In this document: piece by piece, positions 1-9,538 of the stretch
Layout of the letters: every line of letters begins with the position of its first letter
Numbering within the stretch: the stretch's first letter is position 1
Assembly (NCBI GenBank): GCA_029263035.1
Contig: JAJCYF010000057.1
Location: 1 to 39,892 of the forward strand
Source: Actinomycetes bacterium
Lineage (GTDB): Bacteria > Actinomycetota > CADDZG01 > JAHWKV01
Direction: 5' to 3'
DNA: 39,892 nt
Position numbers and translations under genes: made by a program
The notes under the pieces: model-generated
The model's input: the letters and a program-made list of their open reading frames with translations, nothing else
Told to the model about the DNA's origin: nothing
Databases searched by the model: none

Positions 1-118
1 CCGGGCACGCAGTCCCCCCGGGCACGCAGTCCCCCCGGGCACGCAGTCCCCCCGGGCACGCAGTCCCCCCGGGCACGCAGTCCCCCCGGGCACGCAGTCC
101 CCCCGGGCACGCAGTCCC
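1..118. repeat. Tandem array of a 17-bp unit CCGGGCACGCAGTCCCC, at least 7 copies (may continue past the window edge)
   Basis: Units start at 1, 18, 35, 52, 69, 86 and 103. Confidence 0.95.
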
Positions 119-172
119 TAGATTGCTCTGGAGGGGGCAGAGGTGCCCCACTGGAGCTGAAGCGGGCGTCCG

Positions 173-312
173 GCCCAGGGGAGCGACAGCCCAGGGGAGC
201 GACAGCCCAGGGGAGCGACAGCCCAGGGGAGCGACGGCCCAGGGGAGCGACGGCCCAGGGGAGCGACGGCCCAGGGGAGCGACGGCCCAGGGGAGCGACG
301 GCCCAGGGGAGC
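173..312. repeat. Tandem array of a 16-bp unit GCCCAGGGGAGCGAC(A/G), about 8.75 copies
   Basis: Units start every 16 bp from 173; the first three end in A, the next five in G. Confidence 0.95.
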
Positions 313-554
313 TTGAGCTGACCGTCAGTCAGGCCCCCTCTTGTCCGGGCTCTCACCAAGGTTGCGAGCATTTCCCGGGCGCCAATGCGGTACGCTTTGT
401 GTAGAGCCTATGTACAGCTACTTGATAGCGAACCCGGGTCTCTGTGGGAGCCTGGGCATGCGCCCAAGCTCCGGGATTAAGCGCAGTGCGACCTTACGAC
501 CAGAATTGGGCGCCCCCGGGGAGCCCATATTGGCAGGGAGCGACGACGGTCGGG

Positions 555-570
555 CGCTTCACGTGGAGCG
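555..570. promoter_or_regulatory. Degenerate parS-like palindrome CGCTTCACGTGGAGCG
   Basis: Core TTCACGTGGA matches parS (TGTTTCACGTGGAACA) with 4 symmetric transitions; 170 bp upstream of parA. Confidence 0.4.
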
Positions 571-736
571 TACCGTCCGATTAGAACTAAATTACAACAA
601 TGTGATTCAAATCCTTGACCTGACTTCAGGAGCCGACTAATGTGGAGATCGAACGAATTTGAGACTCTCGCCAAGCTGGCCTCAGGTCGGGCCACTCCTT
701 CAACCTCAGTCTTAACTAGAGGTTCAGTGTTGCTGT

Positions 737-1675
737 GTGAAACGGGAGGCGGCGTGCAACTTGGATGACCCAACCCCCGCCGGCGAGAGCCCTTCCTCCG
801 AGACGCGAGTCCTAGCGGTCGTCAACCACAAGGGCGGCGTCGGCAAGACGACCACTGCCGTAAACCTCGGCGCCTGGCTGGCCCTGGACGGACACCGAGT
901 CCTTGTCGTGGACCTGGATCCACAGGCCAATGCCACGACCGGCCTGGGAGTAGATCCGCGCCGGGTATCCAGCAACGTATATCAAATTCTGGTAAATGGA
1001 GCTCCCATTGAGGACGCTATCGAACCCACCGCGGTTCGAAACCTGTTCTGCGTTCCCTCGACGATCGACCTGGCGGGTGCCGAGATCGAGCTCGTAACCG
1101 CCTACTCACGAGAATTGAGGCTGAAAAAGGCGCTGTCCTCGCTGGATGGGGAGTTCGACTTTGTCTTGATCGATTGCCCACCCTCGCTTGGCTTGCTTAC
1201 GGTCAATGCCCTGGCCGGTGCAACCGAGGTGATCGTCCCTATTCAGTGCGAGTACTACGCCCTGGAGGGGCTCGGCCAGCTACTTAAGAACGTAAATTTG
1301 ATCAAGACCAATCTGAACCCCCAGCTGCGCCTGTGCGGCATCGTTCTAACGATGTACGACGGCCGGACGAGACTTTCCGAGCAGGTAGCCAATGAGGTGA
1401 GGTCGCACTTTCCCGGAAAGGTCTTTCACACCGTGGTTCCGCGGAGCGTACGGTTGTCGGAAGCCCCCTCCTTCGGCCAGCCCATCGCGTTGTACGACCC
1501 CAAGTCACGGGGATCCGACGCCTACCGGACACTTGCAGAAGAGGTTGCGATAGCGGACGCCTCGGGTACGCTGTCTCCTCCTCCGAGCGCCCAGCCGGCC
1601 GTTATGCGCTGGCGGCGCGGGAGCAGGCGGGATGACGACGAGAGCGAAGTTGGCGGCCGGATTGGTCTGGGCTAG
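737..1675 (+). CDS. parA: Chromosome partitioning ATPase ParA/Soj
   Basis: Deviant Walker A KGGVGKTT, DLDPQANAT, IDCPPSLG, RLSEAPSFG; start could be GTG 737 or TTG 761. Confidence 0.96.
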   Translation: MKREAACNLDDPTPAGESPSSETRVLAVVNHKGGVGKTTTAVNLGAWLALDGHRVLVVDLDPQANATTGLGVDPRRVSSNVYQILVNGAPIEDAIEPTAVRNLFCVPSTIDLAGAEIELVTAYSRELRLKKALSSLDGEFDFVLIDCPPSLGLLTVNALAGATEVIVPIQCEYYALEGLGQLLKNVNLIKTNLNPQLRLCGIVLTMYDGRTRLSEQVANEVRSHFPGKVFHTVVPRSVRLSEAPSFGQPIALYDPKSRGSDAYRTLAEEVAIADASGTLSPPPSAQPAVMRWRRGSRRDDDESEVGGRIGLG

Positions 1676-1689
1676 ACGCGGATGACGTC

Positions 1690-2565
1690 TTGAACGCCAA
1701 AGGCGGTCTCGGGAGGGGGCTGGGAGCGCTGATCCCGGCGGGGGCCACAAGCCTGGAGGAAATCGCCCCCGGCGAAATTGTGCCCAACACCCGCCAGCCC
1801 CGCAAACACTTCGATCCCGAGGCCCTGAACACCCTCAGTGCCTCCATTCGCCAGCTCGGGCTGCTTCAGCCGGTGGTGGTACGAAGAAGGGGCAACTCTG
1901 GTTACGAGCTTGTGATGGGGGAGCGGCGCTGGCGAGCGGCTCAGCAGGCGGGGCTGTCGGCCATCCCTGCGCTGGTCATCGACACCGACGACCGGGGTTC
2001 GCTGGAGCGGGCGATCGTGGAGAACGTCCACCGGGAGGACCTGAACCCAATCGAGGAGGCGGCCGCCTACCGCCAGCTGGTAGAGGAAGCCGGCCTCACC
2101 CACGAACAGCTTGCCGAACGCGTCAGCCTGTCCCGATCGACGGTGGGCAACGTAATGCGGCTTCTGGATCTCCCGGACTCGATTCAGGCGATGGTTCTGC
2201 AGGGCAAGCTCACCGGAGGCCACGCCAAAGCCCTGCTGGGACTGCTGGGGCATCCGCTGCTCGAACGGATTGCGCAAAGGGTGGCTTCCAGCGGGCTGAG
2301 CGTCCGGGAAACCGAGGATCTGGTGCGCCAGGAGCGGGAGGAGCGGGAGGAGCCGGCTTCCATTGAGGCTCCCGTCCGTCGCCAGGCCCAGGCCCGCGCC
2401 GATTCCGGGCTGCTGGAGATCTCGGATGCGCTTTCGGACCACCTGGAGACCAGGGTCCAGGTCAGCAAAGGGCGCGGCAGGGGCAAGATAGTGATCGAGT
2501 TTGGTTCCGACGAGGACCTGGTCCGCATCTGGCGGAGAATTTCCGGCGGCACAGCCGCCGGCTGA
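1690..2565 (+). CDS. parB: Chromosome partitioning protein ParB/Spo0J
   Basis: GLGRGLGALI N-terminus, GERRWRA, ENVHREDLNPIEEA, HTH; follows parA. Confidence 0.96.
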   Translation: MNAKGGLGRGLGALIPAGATSLEEIAPGEIVPNTRQPRKHFDPEALNTLSASIRQLGLLQPVVVRRRGNSGYELVMGERRWRAAQQAGLSAIPALVIDTDDRGSLERAIVENVHREDLNPIEEAAAYRQLVEEAGLTHEQLAERVSLSRSTVGNVMRLLDLPDSIQAMVLQGKLTGGHAKALLGLLGHPLLERIAQRVASSGLSVRETEDLVRQEREEREEPASIEAPVRRQAQARADSGLLEISDALSDHLETRVQVSKGRGRGKIVIEFGSDEDLVRIWRRISGGTAAG

Positions 2566-2568
2566 GAG

Positions 2569-3636
2569 CTACTGGTCCGGCTCGTACTCGAAGTACCGCT
2601 CCAGGGCTTCCATCAGCGATCGAGCCAGGTCGTCCATGGTCTCCACCAGCTCGGCGAACTCCTCGGGGTTGGTGATGAACCCGGGCTCCACCAGGACCGC
2701 AGGCATCTGGGTTTCCCGCAGGATCGGGTAGGCCTTCCCGTGGGTATTGCAGTCTGCCCGCCCGGCCTTGATCAGGGCCTCCTGGATCAGTTCGGCCAGG
2801 TGCTCCCCGGGCTCGGATGCCACCGTTCCGCCCTGGAAGTAGTAGGTCGCTGCTCCGGCGGCGATGGGGGTCGGGTGGGAGTTGAGGTGGATCGACAAGA
2901 GCAGGTCGGCGCCGAAACGGTTTGCCAGCTGGGCCCGCGACGACACGTGAGGGCCGTCGTTGGGTCCCCGGGTCAGCATCGGGTAGGCCCGGCGGCCGTC
3001 CAGCAGCAGGCCGAGCTTGGCCGACAGCCGGAAGACCCAATCCGCCTCGGTGAGCCCGTTGGCATCGATACCGCCGGGATCGTCTCCTCCGTGACCGGGG
3101 TCCAGCGCGATGCGCTTGCCGGCCAGACCGGGGGGGTCCGCGCGGCGGGCTTCTCTTTCCGTGATGCGCGCACCCAGACCCGGCTTGATGACCATCCGCA
3201 GCCTTTCCAGGGCCCGGAGAGTCTCGTGGCCGACGATCCCGTCCTCGTCGACGGCAAGGTTTCGCTGAAAGTCCCTGAGGGCGGCCGCCGTGCCCAGCCC
3301 GAAGATGCCGTCATGTTTGCCGGCGGTAAACCCCAGGGCGTTGAGCTGCGACTGCAGGTCCCGTACGTCGTCCCCCCTCAAGAAGGGCTGGCTCAGCCGC
3401 AGGGGGCGATCACCCAGAGTCCAGGAGCTTTCGACGAGGGCTTTCCACGTGTTCTCGCCGACGATTCCGTCCACGTCCAGGCCGGATCGCTGCTGGAACT
3501 CCTTTATGGCCATCTCGGTGGTCGGCCCGAAATCCCCTCCGTGTTCCGGGGCATCGATCGCGTAACCCAGCTTTTCCAGGCGCGTCTGAAGGTCGGCCAC
3601 CGCTTGGTCCCGGCGACCCCGTCGTATGAGATCCAC
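2569..3636 (-). CDS. N-acetylmuramoyl-L-alanine amidase with two N-terminal peptidoglycan-binding domains (CwlM-like)
   Basis: Two PG_binding_1 repeats (DGIVGENT, DGIVGHET); Amidase_3 motifs DPGHGG, LTEAD, SIHLNS, VEPGF; occupies the cwlM position between parB and trxB. Confidence 0.9.
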   Translation of the reverse strand: MDLIRRGRRDQAVADLQTRLEKLGYAIDAPEHGGDFGPTTEMAIKEFQQRSGLDVDGIVGENTWKALVESSWTLGDRPLRLSQPFLRGDDVRDLQSQLNALGFTAGKHDGIFGLGTAAALRDFQRNLAVDEDGIVGHETLRALERLRMVIKPGLGARITEREARRADPPGLAGKRIALDPGHGGDDPGGIDANGLTEADWVFRLSAKLGLLLDGRRAYPMLTRGPNDGPHVSSRAQLANRFGADLLLSIHLNSHPTPIAAGAATYYFQGGTVASEPGEHLAELIQEALIKAGRADCNTHGKAYPILRETQMPAVLVEPGFITNPEEFAELVETMDDLARSLMEALERYFEYEPDQ

Positions 3637-3670
3637 GCGTGCAGCTTAGTAGGCAGGAGACCAAATGCAA

Positions 3671-3694
3671 AAGGCGGCCACAAAGGGCCGCCTT
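3671..3694 (-). terminator. Intrinsic terminator after trxB
   Basis: 9-bp stem AAGGCGGCC/GGCCGCCTT with 6-nt loop, followed by TTGCATTT on the minus strand. Confidence 0.7.
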
Positions 3695-3705
3695 GCGGGA
3701 CTAAA

Positions 3706-4668
3706 TTATCGGCCCTGGGTCTCCAACCAGCGCTCGGCGTCGATCGCGGCCTGGCACCCCATCCCGGCGGCGGTGATCGCCTGGCGGTAGGTGTGGTCGA
3801 CAACATCGCCGGCTCCGAAGACCCCCTCGATGCTGGTCCTGGTGGCGTATGGGGAAGCCTGGTCCCAGTCGTTCGACAGCTTGTCGCCCACCACCAGGTA
3901 CCCGGCGTCGTCGAGCTCCAGCTTGTCGACGAAGAGCGACGTGTTCGGGGTGTGTCCGATGGCCACGAACAAGCCCCTCAGGGGCAACTCGCGGGTTTCG
4001 CCGGACCGGGTGTCGGTGAGCTGCAGTCCGCTGACGCTCTGGTCTCCTATCACGTCGTTGATGACCGAGTTCCAGTGGAACTCGATCTTGGGATTGGCCA
4101 TCGCCCGGTCCTGCATAATCTTCGAAGCCCGCAGGATGTCCCGGCGGTGGACGACGTTGACCTTGCTGGCGAACCGGGTGAGGAAGTTAGCCTCCTCAAT
4201 TGCCGAGTCGCCGCCTCCGGCTACCGCCAGTTCCTGGTCCCGAAAGAATGCGCCGTCGCACGTGGCGCAGGTGGAGACGCCCCTTCCCATGAGACGCCTC
4301 TCGTTGTCCAGGCCGAGCATCTTGGCCGAGGCCCCGGTGGAGACGATGACCGCGTCGGCGGTGTACTCGTCGTCACCGACCTTGATCCTGAATGGGCGGA
4401 CGGAAAAGTCCACCTCGGTGACGTCCTGCGAGATGTAGGTGGTGCCGAACCGGGCAGCCTGCTTGCGCAGGGTGTCCATCAGCTCGGGACCCATGACGCC
4501 GTCGACGAAGCCGGGAAAGTTCTCGACCTCGGTGGTCAGCATGAGTTGCCCTCCGGCCTCGAATCCCTCAATGACCAGGGGCTCAAGGTTGGCGCGGGCG
4601 CTGTAGAGCGCTGCGGTCAGACCCGACGGGCCGGACCCGATGATTACAACTTTATGGTGGTTTGTCAT
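3706..4668 (-). CDS. trxB: Thioredoxin reductase
   Basis: GSGPSG FAD motif, CATC redox motif, GGGDSA NADPH motif, RQAITAAG; start set at ATG 4668 (TATGCT -10 lies 7 nt upstream). Confidence 0.96.
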   Translation of the reverse strand: MTNHHKVVIIGSGPSGLTAALYSARANLEPLVIEGFEAGGQLMLTTEVENFPGFVDGVMGPELMDTLRKQAARFGTTYISQDVTEVDFSVRPFRIKVGDDEYTADAVIVSTGASAKMLGLDNERRLMGRGVSTCATCDGAFFRDQELAVAGGGDSAIEEANFLTRFASKVNVVHRRDILRASKIMQDRAMANPKIEFHWNSVINDVIGDQSVSGLQLTDTRSGETRELPLRGLFVAIGHTPNTSLFVDKLELDDAGYLVVGDKLSNDWDQASPYATRTSIEGVFGAGDVVDHTYRQAITAAGMGCQAAIDAERWLETQGR

Positions 4669-4681
4669 GGCTGTCAGCATA

Positions 4682-4707
4682 AACGTCGGAACGGTTTTGT
4701 TTATGCC
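4682..4707 (-). promoter_or_regulatory. SigR/SigH-like promoter for trxB (GGCAT-N18-GTT)
   Basis: One mismatch to the GGAAT-N18-GTT consensus; trxB is a classic SigR/SigH target. Confidence 0.45.
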
Positions 4708-4723
4708 CCGGTTGCTCAGACCC

Positions 4724-5362
4724 CTAACCGTGGGGGATGTCCAGGACCAGCCGAAGGGGGGTGCTCAACTTGACCGCCTCGATGCACCGGGGCGCCTTCA
4801 GGCCGATCCCCCACGACAGCACGTTCTCAAAGTCGCCGGCGTGCTCGAGTTCGGTCAGGACCGGGAAGCCGGGTTTGAACTCCCTAGGCCCGGTGTAGGT
4901 CTGTACGACCTCGGACCCCGACAGGTCCACGCCCGAGGCCCCGTGCATTACCAGCGAGTAGAGCGCCTGCCCGTCCATCTGAACCCGGTTGCCGCTGCCG
5001 TCCTGGGTCACCTCGTCGACCTCGGTGATCGTGAACCTGGGCAAGGTGTCGGCCGGCGACGGGGGCTGGGGAGGAGCGAACTCGAAAACGATGCGGTCGT
5101 ACCCGTCGTGGGTGCCGACCCGAACCTCCACCAGCTTTACGCTCGTGCCTTCCGATCCCCCGGTTACGGTGCCGCAGGTTGCCGGCGGGGAGAGGGGCGA
5201 ACGGCCGGGCGTCGGGAGGGGCTGGGTGGTAGGGGAGGCGGAGGGAGAAACCGAAGGCGTCGCCGAGGTGGGACTTGGGATTGGAGAACCTGCCGGGTCA
5301 GGGTCTGCGCCGCAGGCAAAAAGCAGAACCAGCAGGATCGGGGCGAGTTTGCGGGGATTCAT
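4724..5362 (-). CDS. Lipoprotein with Pro/Ser/Thr linker and AMIN-like domain
   Basis: Lipobox LLFAC; VRVGTHDGYDRIVFEF, GDFENVLSWGIG and PLRLVLDI resemble actinobacterial AMIN-like lipoproteins. Confidence 0.75.
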   Translation of the reverse strand: MNPRKLAPILLVLLFACGADPDPAGSPIPSPTSATPSVSPSASPTTQPLPTPGRSPLSPPATCGTVTGGSEGTSVKLVEVRVGTHDGYDRIVFEFAPPQPPSPADTLPRFTITEVDEVTQDGSGNRVQMDGQALYSLVMHGASGVDLSGSEVVQTYTGPREFKPGFPVLTELEHAGDFENVLSWGIGLKAPRCIEAVKLSTPLRLVLDIPHG

Positions 5363-5408
5363 CACACCGAATATACGTCTGAGTCCAAGGAAGGGTTACC
5401 ATTTTTTT

Positions 5409-5885
5409 ATGGCCACCGAAGATGTCGAGCTCATCTGTGCAAGACATCCCCGGTCGACGACCCTGATCAGGTGCGCCAACTGCGATACCCCTATCTGCGT
5501 CAAGTGTATGCAGGAGACTCCGGTGGGGATGAAATGTCCCGACTGCGCACGCATGGAGTATCGCAAGAAGGGAGGATGGCGCCAGTACGCCGCCGGCGCC
5601 GCCGGGCTCCTTACGGCGGCAGTGCTCGGCTACGCCGCGTTCAGTGTGATGGGGCGGGTGAGCTTTCTGGTGGCCCTGGCGCTGGGGGCCGCAACCGGGT
5701 TGGTGGTGCAGAAGTTGGGTGGGCGCCGAAGGGGCCTGGGAGGAACCGCCGCCCTGGCGGCAATCTTCGGACTGGCAATGGCCGCCCTAGCTTTGGGCGC
5801 CGAGCTGCCCTACCTGGCCACCCCGATGTTCCTGGTGCCGGGAGTTGTCTCGGCGGCCGCAGCCGGCTTCCTGGCAACCAGATAG
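5409..5885 (+). CDS. B-box-type zinc-finger membrane protein
   Basis: CARHP...CANCDTPICVKC...CPDC followed by about 4 hydrophobic helices; ATG 5409 lies 6 nt after a TACCAT -10. Confidence 0.75.
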   Translation: MATEDVELICARHPRSTTLIRCANCDTPICVKCMQETPVGMKCPDCARMEYRKKGGWRQYAAGAAGLLTAAVLGYAAFSVMGRVSFLVALALGAATGLVVQKLGGRRRGLGGTAALAAIFGLAMAALALGAELPYLATPMFLVPGVVSAAAAGFLATR

Positions 5886-5908
5886 GACCGGGTCCGGAGC
5901 GCCGCCAA

Positions 5909-6108
5909 AAGGACGCACCTTCTAGTACGAAGAAGCGGGAGGGTCTCGTGCCGGCGACTCCAGCCCAACGCCGTTTTAAGGACGCTGCCTTCTAGTACGC
6001 AAGAGGTCGGGGAGGTCCTGTGCCGGCGACTCCAGCCCAACGCCGTTTTAAGGACGCACCTTCTAGTACGCAAAGAAGCGGGAGGGTCTCGTGCCGGCGA
6101 CTCCAGCC
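5909..6108. repeat. Three imperfect ~70-bp direct repeats
   Basis: AAGGACGC...CCTTCTAGTACG...GTGCCGGCGACTCCAGCC starts at 5909, 5978 and 6050. Confidence 0.9.
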
Positions 6109-6138
6109 TTCGGAGCCAGCATGAGACCCTCCCGCTTC
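6075..6138 (-). terminator. Long hairpin/terminator after glnK
   Basis: 16-bp perfect stem GAAGCGGGAGGGTCTC/GAGACCCTCCCGCTTC, followed by TTT on the minus strand. Confidence 0.7.
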
Positions 6139-6151
6139 GTAAGCCCAGTAC

Positions 6152-6505
<354 letters not shown>

Positions 6506-6528
6506 CTACTAGTTGAACTTTAAGGACC

Positions 6529-6557
6529 CTACCCCGGCCCCAGACGGGCCGGGGTAG
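6529..6557. other. Perfect 12-bp intergenic hairpin between amtB and glnK
   Basis: CTACCCCGGCCC-cagac-GGGCCGGGGTAG; no U-tract. Confidence 0.6.
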
Positions 6558-6572
6558 CTGCACACCGTGTGC

Positions 6573-7835
<1,263 letters not shown>

Positions 7836-7903
7836 CTTCTCCTCTCGATTCGTCGGCGGGCAGCCGAAAAGCTTCCGCGTGGGAGGGACGTTACCGGACG
7901 GGT

Positions 7904-7942
7904 GTTTCCTGATTGTTACGGACTATGTTGCGAGAATGTTAA
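7904..7942 (-). promoter_or_regulatory. GlnR boxes upstream of amtB-glnK
   Basis: Minus strand TTAAC-n6-GCAAC-n7-GTAAC-n6-GAAAC; the proximal pair matches GTnAC-n6-GAAAC exactly; TAACGT -10 just downstream. Confidence 0.75.
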
Positions 7943-7966
7943 GAAACCCAACCGCGCTTTCGGGGT

Positions 7967-8914
7967 TCAGGAAGGGTTCGAGAAGGACCGGTAGAGGGCC
8001 CGGCGGGCGAGTTCGTCGCCGCTGAACAGCCGGCAGTCGGTGGGGTCCACGAGCCAGCTTTGCCACTGATCCAGTGCGGCCCGGCCGGAGTCCTCGGGAC
8101 TCCAGGCGTACACGAGCAGCCACGCCGCCCGCCCCTGAAACGAGGCTTCACGCGCCAGCAGGGGGACCATTGGGTAGGTCTGGGTGCCGGCGACCCGCGC
8201 CAGGCAGTCGGCGCCGGCGCCGTCGGTGAAGCGGCCGGTAACGGCCCTTTCAGTCGCCGAGCCGGCCGGCGGAACGGCCGAATTGTCCTGCTCGGACTCG
8301 GGGGCCGGATTCGCCGCGTCGGACTCGGTGCGCGCCAGGGGAGCGGGCCCGCCGGATTCGCCGGTGGTCGATCCGGCGAACGAGTCCGCCGCCGTGGCCG
8401 GGTCGCCGTCTTCGTCCCGGGTGGTCTCTGCGTCGCCGGCGCGGTAGCGGTTCAAGCCATCGGTCACCTGGGGGAGAGCGGCCACAGTGCGGTCGACCTC
8501 CTCGCCGGTGGTGAAGTTAAAGACCGGGCCGCCGCCCACCGCGGGAGCAGCTGCCTCGGTTAGTGCTTCTTGTTGCCCCGAGTCGCCGCCGGGTCGCAGG
8601 AACGAGACTGCCAGGACCGTCACCGCAACCAGCACGAGGCCTCCGGCCAGGGCCCATTGGGGAAAGCCCAGCCGAAAGCCCGACTTCGAAGGCCGTGAGT
8701 TTAGAAGCGCCTGCCGCAGCGACCGGTGCTCGTCCACGGTCATGGTGACCGGCTCCAGGGATGCGACCGATCCCATAGCCGCGGAGAGTTTGGACAGGGC
8801 GGCGGCACAGCCGGCGCAGGAACCGAGGTGCTGGTCCGCCGCCGCCCGCTCGCGTTCATCCAGCTCACCGTCCAGGTAAGCACTCAGCGACTCGGGTGGT
8901 AGGTGGTCTCTCAT
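7967..8914 (-). CDS. Membrane anti-sigma factor with zf-HC2 domain (RsmA-like)
   Basis: LSAYLDGEL...HLGSCAGC (HxxxCxxC), single TM, extracytoplasmic tail; ATG overlaps the sigma stop (ATGA). Confidence 0.88.
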   Translation of the reverse strand: MRDHLPPESLSAYLDGELDERERAAADQHLGSCAGCAAALSKLSAAMGSVASLEPVTMTVDEHRSLRQALLNSRPSKSGFRLGFPQWALAGGLVLVAVTVLAVSFLRPGGDSGQQEALTEAAAPAVGGGPVFNFTTGEEVDRTVAALPQVTDGLNRYRAGDAETTRDEDGDPATAADSFAGSTTGESGGPAPLARTESDAANPAPESEQDNSAVPPAGSATERAVTGRFTDGAGADCLARVAGTQTYPMVPLLAREASFQGRAAWLLVYAWSPEDSGRAALDQWQSWLVDPTDCRLFSGDELARRALYRSFSNPS

Positions 8915-9498
8915 TCTTTCCCCGTTAGACGGCCGGTCCCGCTGCCCGGTTCCCGGCCCTCGGACATCCCCAGCAGATCGATCAGGCGCATGCGCCCCCG
9001 GGCGATGCGGCTTTTCACGGTTCCCGACGGTGCTCCGGTGGCGGCGGCAATCTCCTCGTAGGTCATGCCGTAAAGGTCTCTCATCACTATGGGTACCCGC
9101 TGATCTTCGGGCAGACTCCGCAGCGCCTGCTCGACGATGAGCCGGCTGTCTGCCTCGCCCTCGGTTCTGGTGAGCTGGGCGGGCAGTGTCTCCACCGGCA
9201 CCGGGGTTCGGGATTTGCTCCGACCAATATCGTGACACGCATTGGTGGTCAGCCGGTACAGCCAGGTGCTGAACGCGGACTGGTGCCGGAAAGACGACGC
9301 CCGGCGGAAGACGGTCAAAAAGACGTCCTGCGTGGCATCGAGTGCATCGGCCCGGTTACCCAGGATGCGGTAGGCCAGGCCGAACACCCGGGACTCGTGC
9401 CGGGCAAGAAGGACCTCCAGCGGCGCCTGGTCGCCGGTCTTGACGAACGCGGTTACCAGCGCCTCGTCGTTCTGCAGCTCCAGATCGCGCTTGGCCAT
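8911..9498 (-). CDS. sigM: ECF sigma factor, SigM-like
   Basis: DALDATQDVF, FSTWLYRLTTNAC, GTVKSRIARGR; occupies the sigM position between murJ/kinase and trxB. Confidence 0.85.
   Translation of the reverse strand: MAKRDLELQNDEALVTAFVKTGDQAPLEVLLARHESRVFGLAYRILGNRADALDATQDVFLTVFRRASSFRHQSAFSTWLYRLTTNACHDIGRSKSRTPVPVETLPAQLTRTEGEADSRLIVEQALRSLPEDQRVPIVMRDLYGMTYEEIAAATGAPSGTVKSRIARGRMRLIDLLGMSEGREPGSGTGRLTGKE
8928..8953 (-). promoter_or_regulatory. ECF (SigM-type) promoter inside the sigma gene 3' end, facing the anti-sigma gene
   Basis: GGAAC-N17-CGTC(TAA), ending 14 nt before the anti-sigma ATG. Confidence 0.6.
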
Positions 9499-9538
9499 GG
9501 GCCCGATTATGAACGGCCCCGCCCCCGGGGACCGCCGG

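Noticed and set aside
1-312. CRISPR array, or coding ORF 123..404
   Set aside because: Head-to-tail repeats with no spacers; periods of 16 and 17 are not multiples of 3, so the ORF is a by-product of the repeat
728-744. Second parS at the parA start (…GTGAAACG)
   Set aside because: Only the right half-site matches
2740-4773. 677-aa plus-strand ORF
   Set aside because: Antisense shadow of trxB and the amidase gene, typical of high-GC DNA
5909-6108. Possible mini CRISPR array
   Set aside because: The would-be spacers are homologous to each other (copies 1 and 3 nearly identical) and no cas genes are present
8915-9238. Longer start for the anti-sigma ORF
   Set aside because: Lies inside sigM in another frame; the ATGA overlap at 8911-8914 is the better start
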